A stretch of 64,000 nt of DNA from Candidatus Oxydemutator sp. (GTDB taxonomy: Bacteria > Pseudomonadota > Gammaproteobacteria > Poriferisulfidales > Oxydemutatoraceae). Positions within the stretch are counted from its first letter, which is position 1, and each line of letters starts with the position of its first letter. Of this stretch, positions 19,740-29,196 are shown in pieces. Under the pieces are notes generated by a model. That model searched no databases. It was not told the DNA's origin and saw only the letters and a program-made list of their open reading frames with translations. Both the position numbers and the translations under genes were made by a program. The stretch lies in the NCBI GenBank assembly GCA_965203445.1, contig OZ241883.1, positions 2,176,001-2,240,000 on the forward strand, written 5' to 3'.

Positions 19740-20946
19740 ACCCCCTTTCGTTCTCCGCCTGATAAGGCGCTCGCGGGCTACACTCAGTCGGATACGCGAG
19801 GTTGTCGCCGACGCGCACACGGTGCTGACGATATACTGCAAACTTGAAATCAAAAAATATCCGGCTGTTGCCCGCGTCGCTCGAAAAATCATCTCGCCGG
19901 TGCCCCGAACCTACACCGATACTTACACCCACAAAGAACCAGCCGGCGATTACATCGGCGCACCCACCGTCTCCCACCACCATGACGCATACATCGTCGC
20001 CACCTACCCGGTGGACGCGCACGTGCAAAAAAGCAACCTTGCTTTCCTATATTTTCAACCCCGGTATAAGACGATCTATCGGCGACGATACTTGCCGTTC
20101 CTGGGCACGTATTACTACGTGTTCGAGGACTACATTTATGCGTCCGCCACCATACGCGACGCGGTATTGTACGATTACGACACGTTGCTGGAAAGAAACT
20201 ATTCGTTCGACGCAGAGAACGGCGAGATTTACATTTTTTGGATGCAGCTTCCCCGCTTCATCAAGAAGATGGCCGCAAAAAACCCGCGTTTGCGGAAAAA
20301 GATTTTCGTGTGGAACATGGAGCAACTGTCTGTTCCTCACTGGAAACGTAGCTTCCTATACACCGAACCGAATCATCCCGCGATCCTGACCCACGCCCCG
20401 TCCAATCTGCGGTTTCTGCCGCCTGGATCCATAGTTCTCCCGTATCGCCGGGACCCGCGGGAGGTGGCGAAACTACAAGCTTGCTCGGCGGGTGCCTTCG
20501 AGTACGACGTGGCCGTCGTCGGCAGCAGTGAACGCAGAAGGAGCGTGCTGCGCGCCCTTAAGGCAAAAGGTATCAAAACCGTTCACGTAGTTGATAGTTT
20601 CGGCAACGCGCGTGACGAACTCATCGGCAAGGCGAAAATTCTTCTAAACGTCCAGTATAAAGACGACTACAAAATCTATTCGCACGTACGGTGCGACCGC
20701 TGGATGTTCGCCGGCAAGCTGATTGTCTCGGATGAATGCCTCGATCAGGATCAACTCGACGTGCGCGCCAACGTCGTGTTCGCCCCGTGTGACCGCCTGG
20801 TGGACAAGACCGAAGAAGTGCTCGCGGACTTCGACCGCTTTCAGCGCGAATACACGAACAACGACCTCGAGAAAATCGCGTGCGCAAGAGACGCGCACTG
20901 GCGTCGCTTCGTCGACCATTACCAGTGGTCGCTTCGAGGCGAATAA
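19732..20946 (+). CDS. Putative glycosyltransferase-like protein, paralog 2
   Basis: Same architecture as 15580-16827, with long identical stretches (YIFWMQLPRFIKKMA, RCDRWMFAGKLIVS, EVLADFDRFQREYTNNDL). Confidence 0.6.
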   Translation: MDKPPFVLRLIRRSRATLSRIREVVADAHTVLTIYCKLEIKKYPAVARVARKIISPVPRTYTDTYTHKEPAGDYIGAPTVSHHHDAYIVATYPVDAHVQKSNLAFLYFQPRYKTIYRRRYLPFLGTYYYVFEDYIYASATIRDAVLYDYDTLLERNYSFDAENGEIYIFWMQLPRFIKKMAAKNPRLRKKIFVWNMEQLSVPHWKRSFLYTEPNHPAILTHAPSNLRFLPPGSIVLPYRRDPREVAKLQACSAGAFEYDVAVVGSSERRRSVLRALKAKGIKTVHVVDSFGNARDELIGKAKILLNVQYKDDYKIYSHVRCDRWMFAGKLIVSDECLDQDQLDVRANVVFAPCDRLVDKTEEVLADFDRFQREYTNNDLEKIACARDAHWRRFVDHYQWSLRGE

Positions 20947-20962
20947 CTATTTCGCGGCGTAC

Positions 20963-23083
20963 TTACTCAGGCGGATAATCCCCAAAAACTTTCAGCACAA
21001 AAGCGTAGCGCTGCGCCACTTCCTCAAGGTAGTCGAAGCGCCCGGAGGCGCCGCCGTGACCGGCCGCCAGGTTGGTCTTCAGCAGCAACAGATTATCGTC
21101 GGTCTTCACGGCGCGCAGCTTGGCGACCCACTTGGCCGGTTCCCAGTAGGTTACGCGCGGGTCGCTCAAACTCGCGGTCACGAACAAGTGCGGGTAATCC
21201 TGGCGCACGACGTTGTCATACGGCGAGTACGCGGCGATGCGCGCGAACGCCTCGGCGTCCTCGATCGGATTGCCCCACTCCGGCCACTCGATCGGCGTCA
21301 GCGGCAGCGTGCCGTCGCACACCGTGTTCAGCACGTCCACGAACGGCACCTCGGCGATGGCCGCGGCGAACAAATCGGGACGCAGGTTGACGACGGCGCC
21401 CACCAGCAGTCCGCCGGCGGACGCGCCGTGCGCGGCGATGCGCCCGCGGCGCGTGAAGTTCTCGCGCGCCAGGTATTCGCCGCAGGCGATGAAGTCGAGA
21501 AAGGTATTGTGCTTGTTTCCGGTTCTGCCGCTCTTGTACCAGCGGTAGCCCTTCTCCATGCCGCCGCGCACGTGCGCTATGGCGTAGATGAAGCCGCGAT
21601 CAACCAGCGACAGGCGGTTGCTCGAAAACGACGCGGGCACCGACGTGCCGTAGGAACCATAGCCGTACAACAACAGCGGCGCATCGCCGTTCAACGGCGT
21701 CGTCTTGCGGTAGAGCAGGCTTAGCGGCACGCGCTCGCCGTCGGGCGCCGGCGCGAACAGCCGCCGCGTCTCGTAGGCGCCGGGATCGTGGCCGCTCGGC
21801 ACGATCTGCTCCTTGCGCAGCACGCGCGTGCGTGCGCGCATGTCGTAGTCGAACACGCGGTACGGCGTCGTCATCGAGGTATAGACGAAGCGCAGCACGT
21901 CGCCGTCGTAGTCGAAGGTGTGCAGCGGCCACAGCTCGTAACATTCCTCGTCGAAGGCGACGGCGTGTTCGCCGACGCAGCGCCCGCCGACGTCCATCTC
22001 CATCACCACCAAGCGCGGCAGCGCGTCCTCGCGCTCGAGACGCACGATCCAGTGCCTGAACGCGACGACCTCCTCGAGCAACACGCCGTCGCCGGGCACG
22101 CAAAAATCTTGCCACGAGCCGCAGGCGGGGGCGTGCGGCGCGGCGACGCACAACTTGTAGTCCTCGGCGCCCGCGGCATTGGTCACGATCAACAGACGCC
22201 GGTCGCGTTCGGTCACGGTATATTCGACGTCGCGTTCGCGCGCGCGCACCGGGAAAGGTGCGGTGCACGGTTCGTCCGCCGGTACCAGCCACGCCTCGGA
22301 AGTGCGGTGGTCGCTCGCGTGTATCGTGATGAAGCGGCGCGAACGGGTCTTGCCGAGGGAGATAAAAAACCCCGCGTCCTGTTCCTGATAGACGACCGCG
22401 TCGCGTGTGATTGGATCGCCCAGGCGGTGGCGGCAGACGCGCCACGGGCGGTGATTCTCATCCAACGCCGTATAAAATAGATGACGCCCGTCGGCGCTCC
22501 ACGCGACGTCGCCCTGGACGCGGGTGATCGGCGCATCGAGCGTCTCGCCACCGACGGCGGCGCGCACGTGCAGCGTATAGAACTCCGAGCCGTCGTCGTC
22601 CGCGCAATACGCGATGAGGCTATGGTCGGGGCTGTGGGCGAAACCCGCGACCTGAAAGTAGTCGCGGCCGCGGGCCTCGGCGTCGCCGTCCAGCAGAACC
22701 TCCTCGGCGCCGGGCGCCGCCACCGGACGGCGGCAACGGATCGGATACTGGCCGCCCTCGCGGTAGCGAAAGTAGTACGCATACGCGCCGTCGGCGTCGG
22801 GTACCGAATAGTCGTCTTCCTTGATACGCCCTCTCATCTCGCGGAACAACCGCGATTGCAGCGCCTCGCTGCCGCGCAGGTTCGCGGCGGTGTAGTCGTT
22901 TTCGGCCTCGAGGTAAGCGCGGATCTCGGCGTCGAGCAGGCGCGGATCGCGCAGCACCTCGCGCCAGTTGTCAGCGCGCAACCAGGCGTAATGATCCACC
23001 CGTTCGCGCCCGTGCAGCGACCAGCGGCGCGCGCGGCGACGCGCCGAAGGCGGCGGCGGTCGGTGGCATCCGGCGGCACCCAT
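20963..23083 (-). CDS. ptrB: Oligopeptidase B (protease II, S9A)
   Basis: D.Y.WLR, LLYGYGSYG, AHVRGG, GASAGG, DPRVTYWEPAKW, GHGGASGR. Confidence 0.95.
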   Translation of the reverse strand: MGAAGCHRPPPPSARRRARRWSLHGRERVDHYAWLRADNWREVLRDPRLLDAEIRAYLEAENDYTAANLRGSEALQSRLFREMRGRIKEDDYSVPDADGAYAYYFRYREGGQYPIRCRRPVAAPGAEEVLLDGDAEARGRDYFQVAGFAHSPDHSLIAYCADDDGSEFYTLHVRAAVGGETLDAPITRVQGDVAWSADGRHLFYTALDENHRPWRVCRHRLGDPITRDAVVYQEQDAGFFISLGKTRSRRFITIHASDHRTSEAWLVPADEPCTAPFPVRARERDVEYTVTERDRRLLIVTNAAGAEDYKLCVAAPHAPACGSWQDFCVPGDGVLLEEVVAFRHWIVRLEREDALPRLVVMEMDVGGRCVGEHAVAFDEECYELWPLHTFDYDGDVLRFVYTSMTTPYRVFDYDMRARTRVLRKEQIVPSGHDPGAYETRRLFAPAPDGERVPLSLLYRKTTPLNGDAPLLLYGYGSYGTSVPASFSSNRLSLVDRGFIYAIAHVRGGMEKGYRWYKSGRTGNKHNTFLDFIACGEYLARENFTRRGRIAAHGASAGGLLVGAVVNLRPDLFAAAIAEVPFVDVLNTVCDGTLPLTPIEWPEWGNPIEDAEAFARIAAYSPYDNVVRQDYPHLFVTASLSDPRVTYWEPAKWVAKLRAVKTDDNLLLLKTNLAAGHGGASGRFDYLEEVAQRYAFVLKVFGDYPPE

Positions 23084-24086
23084 CAGAACACGCGCTCGGA
23101 ACGAAAGATGCGTCCGCGCAGCGCGCCGCGTCGCACCAGCGCGTCCGTCGCCGCCGACGCCGCCGCGCGCGGCAGGCACAAATAAAAATCCATACCGGAC
23201 AAATCACCACTATCGTCGGCGACGCGCGCGACCCAGGCGCGCGCCGCCGCGGCGTCGGCGGCACTCGCCGGCAGCTCCACGTAGCGCAGCTGGTCGAGCG
23301 CGTCGCGCCACGAACAACACAGGTTGTCCAGGTAGTACGGCGGCGGCGCGTCGTCGGCGCGGTACAGATGAATCGGCAATTCGCCCTCTTGTGCGACAAC
23401 GTGCTCGAGCAGGCTCTTGGCGGCGGCGAAACCGTCGCCCCACGCGAGCAGCGCGAGCGCCCTCTCCGCGTGGCCGGTGAACGTGAACGACCCGTGCGGC
23501 GCCTCGACGTCGAACCAATCGCCGACGCGACATTCGCGCAACACGCGGTCGCGGAAATCGCCGCCGCCACGAGCGCGCACGTGAAACTCCAGCTCGGTCG
23601 CGTCGCACGGGCAGCTGGCGATAGCCAGGCGGGCGCGGCCGTGGCGCGGGTGCACGAGGCGCGCCTCCTGCCCGGCCAGAAAACGCAGCCGATGGCTCCT
23701 CGACACGCGCAGGCGCAGCACCGCGAGACCGGGCGCCGCCGCCGTCCGCACCTTTTGCAGCCGGCGCACCCGCGCGCGGAAACGCTGCAACGGAATCTGC
23801 GCGGCGTCTTCGGCGACTCGGCCTCGACGCGCAAATCGCCGGCGGCGGCGTGCGAACACATCAGAAAGTGGCGTCCGTCGCGCCGGTGGCGCTCGAACAC
23901 GTAATCCCAGTTCCTGATCGCCTCGACCTCGCCGTCGAGCAGGCGCGCCGCGCACAGACCGCAGTTGCCGCCGTTGCAGCCGTAGTCCACCGCAAGCCCG
24001 GCGCGCACCGCGGCCTCGAGCACCGACTCGCCGTGCTCGATCACCACTTCCTTGCCCGTTCCCTCGAAATGAATCCGGTACGTCAT
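23083..24086 (-). pseudogene. 2Fe-2S/FAD oxidoreductase (CDP-6-deoxy-3,4-glucoseen reductase-like), frameshifted near 23815
   Basis: The 2Fe-2S domain (YGCNGGNCGLC...LMC) is in one frame and the FAD/NAD domain (FLAGQ, IASCP, GDGFA) in another; a single missing base at GAG^TC GCC GAA would join them. Confidence 0.75.
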
Positions 24087-24117
24087 CGCACGCGCGGCGC
24101 GGGCACGCCGTCGTCGC

Positions 24118-24762
24118 TCATCCCAGCCGCTCGGTGATCTCTTGACGCACCTGATCAACGCCGCCGGCGCCGTCGACCGCGACGTAGCGCGCACCGCCGC
24201 TCTCGGACGCACGACGATAATGCTCGACCAGCGGCGCGGTCTGCTCATGGTAGATCTCGAGGCGGCGCGCGACGACCCCGGGGCTGTCGTCGTTGCGCTG
24301 TACCAGCGCTTCGCCGGTGGCGTCGTCGAGACCCGCGACCCTCGGCGGATTGTATTCGACGTGATAGACGCGCCCCGAGGCCGGGTGGGTGCGCCGCCCA
24401 TCGAGGCGGCGGATAATTTCCTCGTCGGAGACGACGATCTCGACGACGTAGTCAATTGCGACGCGCTGCCATTCGAGCGCGCGCGCCTGTGCCAGCGTGC
24501 GCGGAAAACCGTCCAGCAAGAAGCCGTTGCGGCAGTCGTCGCCGGCGATGCGTTCGCTGACCAGGCCGACGATGACGTTGTCGGGCACCAGCGCGCCGCG
24601 TTTCATGAAGCCGTCGGCGCGACGCCCCAACTCGCCGCCGGCGCGCACCGCCTCGCGCAGCATGTCGCCGCTCGAGATCTGCGGCACACGGTAGCGCGCG
24701 CAGACGTATTGCGCCTGCGTTCCCTTGCCGACCCCCGGCGCGCCCAGCAAAATAATTTTCAT
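24118..24762 (-). CDS. adk: Adenylate kinase
   Basis: LLGAPGVGKGTQ, GFLLDGFPRT, LID region HPASGRVYH. Confidence 0.97.
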   Translation of the reverse strand: MKIILLGAPGVGKGTQAQYVCARYRVPQISSGDMLREAVRAGGELGRRADGFMKRGALVPDNVIVGLVSERIAGDDCRNGFLLDGFPRTLAQARALEWQRVAIDYVVEIVVSDEEIIRRLDGRRTHPASGRVYHVEYNPPRVAGLDDATGEALVQRNDDSPGVVARRLEIYHEQTAPLVEHYRRASESGGARYVAVDGAGGVDQVRQEITERLG

Positions 24763-24892
24763 CGAACGATACCCGTCTTGTCCACGGCCCCCGACCTCTC
24801 CCCGAAGGCACGGCGCGTGAGCACCCGTTCCCGCCGCTTTGTCCACGCTCGTCAGGCGACGGCCGTGGCCGGGATGCGCGCAGTCAGCGTGC

Positions 24893-24900
24893 ATTATAAT
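24893..24900. promoter_or_regulatory. Palindromic ATTATAAT: overlapping -10 boxes for the divergent adk and pfk genes
   Basis: Reads TATAAT on both strands; 7 nt from the pfk ATG. Confidence 0.5.
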
Positions 24901-24907
24901 CACGGCG

Positions 24908-26173
24908 ATGGAAAAACGTAACGCGCTCTACGCGCAATCGGGCGGCGTCACCGCGGTCATCAACGCCACCGCCTGCGGGCTGATAGAAACCGCGCGCCGG
25001 CGCGCCGACGCCATCGGCAACGTCTATGCCGCGCACAACGGCATCGTAGGCGCGCTCACCGAGGATCTGATAGACACCGGCAAGCTCGACGACGCGACCG
25101 TCGCCGCGCTCAGGCACACGCCCGCAGGCGCCTTCGGCACCTGCCGCTACAAACTGAAGGACCCCGCGCGGGACGACGCCGAATACCGCAGGCTGCTCGA
25201 GGTCTTCCGCGCGCACGACGTCGGCTACTTTTTCTACAACGGCGGCGGCGACTCGCAGGACACGACGCTCAAGATAGCGCGCCTGGGACGCGACTACGGC
25301 TATCCGCTCACCTGCATCGGCATCCCGAAGACGGTGGACAACGATCTGCCGCTGACCGACTGCTGCCCGGGTTTCGGCACCACCGCCAAATACATCGCGG
25401 TGTCGACGCGCGAGGCGGCTCTCGACGTCGCCTCGATGGCGAAGACCTCGACGCGCCTGTTCGTGCTCGAGGTGATGGGACGCCACGCCGGCTGGATCGC
25501 CGCCGCCGCCGGGCTTGCGCGCGAGCGCGCCGAAGACGCCCCGCACCTGATCCTGTTCCCGGAGATTCCGTTCGACGAGGAGCGGGTGGTGCGCGAGGCC
25601 GGACGCTGCGTCGAGGAATACGGCTACTGCGTGGTCGTCGTGTCCGAAGGCGTGCGCGACGGCGACGGGCGCTTTCTGGCCGAGGCCGACACCCGCGACG
25701 CCTTCGGCCACGTTCAGCTGGGAGGCGCCGCGCCGCGCGTCGCCACGCTGCTGACGCGAAGGCTCGGACACAAGCACCATTGGGCCGTGGCCGACTACCT
25801 GCAACGTGCGGCGCGCCACGTCGCGTCGCGCACCGACGTCGAACAGGCCTACGCACTCGGTGCCGCCGCCGTTACGATGGCGCTCGCCGGCGAGCACGCG
25901 GTCATGGCGACGATCGTGCGCGAATCCGATTCCCCGTACCGCTGGCGCATCGGCAGCGCGCCGCTCGCGGACGTCGCCAACCGCGAGAAAAAAATGCCGC
26001 GCGACTACATCAGCGACGACGGTTTCCACGTAACCGGAAAATGCAAAACCTATCTGCGACCGCTGATAGCAGGGGAAGAGTACCCGCCGTACCGGGACGG
26101 CCTGCCGTGCTACGCGCGCCTGCGGCACACCTTCGTTCCCAGGAGGCTGAGGTTCTGGCCCGCCCTCTCCTAG
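24908..26173 (+). CDS. pfp: 6-phosphofructokinase, probably PPi-dependent
   Basis: AQSGG.TAVINA, GGGDS (Asp typical of the PPi type), PKTVDND, EVMGRHAGW. Confidence 0.88.
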   Translation: MEKRNALYAQSGGVTAVINATACGLIETARRRADAIGNVYAAHNGIVGALTEDLIDTGKLDDATVAALRHTPAGAFGTCRYKLKDPARDDAEYRRLLEVFRAHDVGYFFYNGGGDSQDTTLKIARLGRDYGYPLTCIGIPKTVDNDLPLTDCCPGFGTTAKYIAVSTREAALDVASMAKTSTRLFVLEVMGRHAGWIAAAAGLARERAEDAPHLILFPEIPFDEERVVREAGRCVEEYGYCVVVVSEGVRDGDGRFLAEADTRDAFGHVQLGGAAPRVATLLTRRLGHKHHWAVADYLQRAARHVASRTDVEQAYALGAAAVTMALAGEHAVMATIVRESDSPYRWRIGSAPLADVANREKKMPRDYISDDGFHVTGKCKTYLRPLIAGEEYPPYRDGLPCYARLRHTFVPRRLRFWPALS

Positions 26174-26239
26174 GGGGAGAGGGCTACGTTGCGGGCCGGC
26201 GGACAGGTTTTCGGCCCACCCTCTCCCAAAGGGAGAGGG
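26163..26239. repeat. BoxC-like hairpin pair between the convergent pfp and pal genes
   Basis: CCCTCTCCTAGGGGGAGAGGG and CCCTCTCCCAAAGGGAGAGGG; the pfp stop codon lies in the first hairpin. Confidence 0.75.
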
Positions 26240-26294
26240 GTTCAGGGTTTCATGAAAAACGACGAATCAGGGGCGCGGGCGGGATAGAGGGGTA

Positions 26295-26885
26295 TCACTG
26301 ATAGACCAGCTCGGCGCGGCGGTTGCGGCTGTATGCCTCCTCGGTATGCCCTTCGACCGCCGGACGCTCCTCGCCGTAACTCAGGACCGAAAAGCGCGTC
26401 GCCTCGACGCCGTGCGCCTGCAACACGTCGCGCGCCGCCTTGGCGCGTTGTTCGCCCAGGGCCAGGTTGTAGCCGGCGCTGCCACGCTCGTCGGCGTGCC
26501 CCTCGAGGCGCAGCCCGACCTCGGGATGTTCCTTCAAAAATTCGGCGTGACGCGCCAACACCTCGCGCCCCTCGTCCTTGACCGCCGACGAGTTGTAATC
26601 GAAATAAATGACGTTGTAGCGCAGCGCGGGATCTTGCCGCGCCGCCCGCAGATACGCCTCGTTGGACGACATTTCGACCTCGTCGCCGTACAGCTGCCTG
26701 GCGGTGCTCGCCACGTCGTCGGGATAGACCTCGGTCTGCGCGCCAGCCGCAGCGTCGGCGCCGGCGTCCGGTGTCGCGGTCTGCATGTCGACGTCCCTGG
26801 TCGCGGCGCAGCCGGACAGCAACGCGCCCGACAGTACGCCCGCGGTCAATATCATGACGATACGGCGCAAAGACGATGGTTTCAT
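26295..26885 (-). CDS. pal: Peptidoglycan-associated lipoprotein (OmpA-like)
   Basis: Lipobox LLSGC; IYFDY, EGHADERGS..YNLALGE.RA, SYGEERP, NRRAE. Confidence 0.92.
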   Translation of the reverse strand: MKPSSLRRIVMILTAGVLSGALLSGCAATRDVDMQTATPDAGADAAAGAQTEVYPDDVASTARQLYGDEVEMSSNEAYLRAARQDPALRYNVIYFDYNSSAVKDEGREVLARHAEFLKEHPEVGLRLEGHADERGSAGYNLALGEQRAKAARDVLQAHGVEATRFSVLSYGEERPAVEGHTEEAYSRNRRAELVYQ

Positions 26886-27018
26886 ATGGAGTCGCCTCTC
26901 TTCGGGGTTATGGGCAAAAGCGGATTATAGCCTAATTGCCGTCCGAGCGCGGCAAACGGACACCGAACGGCGCTATAATGGCCGGTTGCACAATCGGATT
27001 TTCTTGCAGGAGGCGAAC

Positions 27019-27069
27019 ATGCACGACACTACCCATGACCGCGAAAACCGCGCGGAGCGTCGGCGATGA
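27019..27069 (+). CDS. Putative 16-aa leader peptide MHDTTHDRENRAERRR
   Basis: Strong AGGAGG RBS at 27008-27013; its TGA overlaps the DoxX ATG (ATGA). Confidence 0.4.
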   Translation: MHDTTHDRENRAERRR

Positions 27070-27524
27070 CGATGCAGGCGGTTCTGTGCCCGGTGCACCG
27101 CGGCCTTTCGACAATCGGCGCGTGGCTGTCGCTGCTGGGACTGCGGCTGCTGCTGGCGTGGGAGTTCTGGGAAGCCGGCGTCGCCAAACTGCAAGGCGAC
27201 AACTGGTTCGCCCACGTCAGCGACGAGTTCCCGTTCCCGTTCAACGCGCTGCCGGTCGGCGTCAGCTGGTTCCTGGCGACCTGGACCGAGATACTCGGCG
27301 CCCTCGGATTGGCGCTGGGTTTCGGTACGCGCTTCTGGGCCGCGGGCCTGATCGTCCTCGACGTGGTGGCGTGGGCGAGCGTGCACGCCGACAACGGCTA
27401 CAACGTCTGCGACAACGGCTACAAACTGCCGCTGATGTTCCTGATCATGCTGATACCGCTGCTGTTGAGCGGCCCCGGCAAGTTCAGCATAGACCACGTC
27501 ATCAGCCGGCGTTACTGGCAATGA
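27066..27524 (+). CDS. DoxX-family membrane protein
   Basis: LRLLLAWEFWEAG..K...E..G...L.LG..TR...GPGKFSID. Confidence 0.9.
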   Translation: MTMQAVLCPVHRGLSTIGAWLSLLGLRLLLAWEFWEAGVAKLQGDNWFAHVSDEFPFPFNALPVGVSWFLATWTEILGALGLALGFGTRFWAAGLIVLDVVAWASVHADNGYNVCDNGYKLPLMFLIMLIPLLLSGPGKFSIDHVISRRYWQ

Positions 27525-28369
27525 CGGCGGGCGGCACTGCCATGGTCACGGGCGCCGGCCTCGGCCTGCGTCGCGACCTGATGGACGAGATCGAGGCCGC
27601 GTGGCCGCGCCAGATCTCGTTTATGGAAGTCGCGCCGGAGAATTGGATCGGTGCGGGCGGCGCGCTCGGACGGCGCTTCCGGCGCTTCACCGAACGCTAC
27701 CCGTTCGTCTGCCACGGCCTGTCGCTGTCCGTCGGCGGCCCGGCGCCGCTCGACCGCGAACTGCTGGCGCGTATCCGCGACTTCCTGCGCGAACACCGCA
27801 TCCGCCGCTACAGCGAACATTTGAGCTACTGCGCGGACGACGCGCACCTCTACGACCTGATGCCGATTCCGTTCACCGAACAAGCCGCGCGCTACGTCGC
27901 CGCGCGCATCCGCGAGGTGCAGGACTTTCTCGGCGAGCGCATCGCAATCGAAAACGTGTCGGCCTACGTCGCGCCGGGCCAGGAGATGGAAGAGATTGAC
28001 TTCATCAACCTTGTGCTGGGCGAAGCCGACTGCGACCTGCTGCTCGACGTCAACAACGTCTACGTCAACTCGGTCAACTTCGGCTTTAACGCCGACGCCT
28101 ACCTCGCGCGGCTGCCGGGCGAGCGCATCGCCTGGTGCCACGTCGCCGGGCATTACAATGAGGCGAGCGACCTGATCGTGGACACGCACGGCGCCGACGT
28201 CATCGCTCCGGTGTGGGGCTTGCTTGCAAAGGCGTATTCGCTGTTCGGCCCGCTGCCGACGCTGCTCGAACGCGATTTCAACTTCCCGCCGCTGGCCAGG
28301 CTGCTCGACGAAGTCGCGCGTATCCGCGACTTGCAGCAGCGCGATGGCGAGCGCGTCGCCGCTGCATAA
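27521..28369 (+). CDS. DUF692 multinuclear non-heme iron oxidative enzyme (MNIO; HvfB/BufB-like)
   Basis: GLGLRR, EVAPENW, HGLSLS.GG, YSEHLS, YDLMP, IENVS.Y, LLLDVNN.YV, HVAGH, DTHG, LLERD. Confidence 0.94.
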   Translation: MTAGGTAMVTGAGLGLRRDLMDEIEAAWPRQISFMEVAPENWIGAGGALGRRFRRFTERYPFVCHGLSLSVGGPAPLDRELLARIRDFLREHRIRRYSEHLSYCADDAHLYDLMPIPFTEQAARYVAARIREVQDFLGERIAIENVSAYVAPGQEMEEIDFINLVLGEADCDLLLDVNNVYVNSVNFGFNADAYLARLPGERIAWCHVAGHYNEASDLIVDTHGADVIAPVWGLLAKAYSLFGPLPTLLERDFNFPPLARLLDEVARIRDLQQRDGERVAAA

Positions 28370-28385
28370 GCGATTCGCGCGGAAG

Positions 28386-29150
28386 ATGCCCGACGACTTT
28401 CAGGCCTTTCAGGCAATACAGCGCCAACTCGCCGCGCACCTGCGCGACCCGGCCAAGCCGCCGCCGCCCGGCACCAGGCAACGCGGCCTCGGCGTATATC
28501 GCGGCCTGTTCTTCCGGAACATCGAGAGCTTTCTGTCGAACGCCTTTCCGGTGTCGCGCAAGCTCTACGGCGCCGACGACTGGAGCGATCTGGCGCGGCT
28601 GTTTTACGCGCGCCACCGCTGCCACTCCCCGTACTTCGCCGAAATACCGCGCGAGTTCATAGCCTATCTCGAAGACGAGCACGAGGCGCGCCCGTGCGAC
28701 CCGCCGTTTCTGCTCGAGCTGGCGCATTACGAATGGGTCGAACTGGCACTCGCGCGCGCCACCGACGAGACCGACGCGGCGGCGATCAACCCCGACGGCG
28801 ACCTGATGGGCGGCGTGCCGGTGCCATCGCCGCTGGCGTGGCAGCACGCCTACGAGTGGCCGGTGCACCGCATCGGCCCCGATTTCCGGCCCGAAAAGCC
28901 GGGTGCTACGCCGACCTGGCTGGTGGTGTTCCGGGATCGCAAAGACCGGGTACGCTTCCTCGAACTGAATCGCCTGAGCGCCCTGCTGCTCGAAAAAATA
29001 GCCGGGCAAAGCGGCGCCACCGGCCATGAACTCATCCGACAAGTGGCGCGCGAACTGGCAATCAAAGACGCCGAAAACGCTTTCCAAAGCGGCCGCCGGA
29101 TGTTGGAAACCATGCGCGCCAAAGACATCCTGCTCGGCACGCGCCGCTGA
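28386..29150 (+). CDS. DUF2063 MNIO partner protein (HvfC/BufC-like)
   Basis: Q..LAAHLRDP...VYR.LFF.N...L...FPV...SPYF.EI..EF...ELAHYEW.EL...WPVHRI. Confidence 0.9.
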   Translation: MPDDFQAFQAIQRQLAAHLRDPAKPPPPGTRQRGLGVYRGLFFRNIESFLSNAFPVSRKLYGADDWSDLARLFYARHRCHSPYFAEIPREFIAYLEDEHEARPCDPPFLLELAHYEWVELALARATDETDAAAINPDGDLMGGVPVPSPLAWQHAYEWPVHRIGPDFRPEKPGATPTWLVVFRDRKDRVRFLELNRLSALLLEKIAGQSGATGHELIRQVARELAIKDAENAFQSGRRMLETMRAKDILLGTRR

Positions 29151-29196
29151 CCAAAACGGCGCGCTACCCGCCCTCCTGGTCCATCATTCCCTGCGA

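Noticed and set aside
23805-23830. Programmed ribosomal frameshift in the reductase
   Set aside because: No slippery sequence or evident stimulatory structure.
26978-27065. Cys-containing peptide MAGCTIGFSCRRRTC as the MNIO precursor
   Set aside because: Its ATG overlaps the TATAAT box, it has no RBS or signal peptide, and it is only the upstream extension of the DUF692 frame across DoxX.
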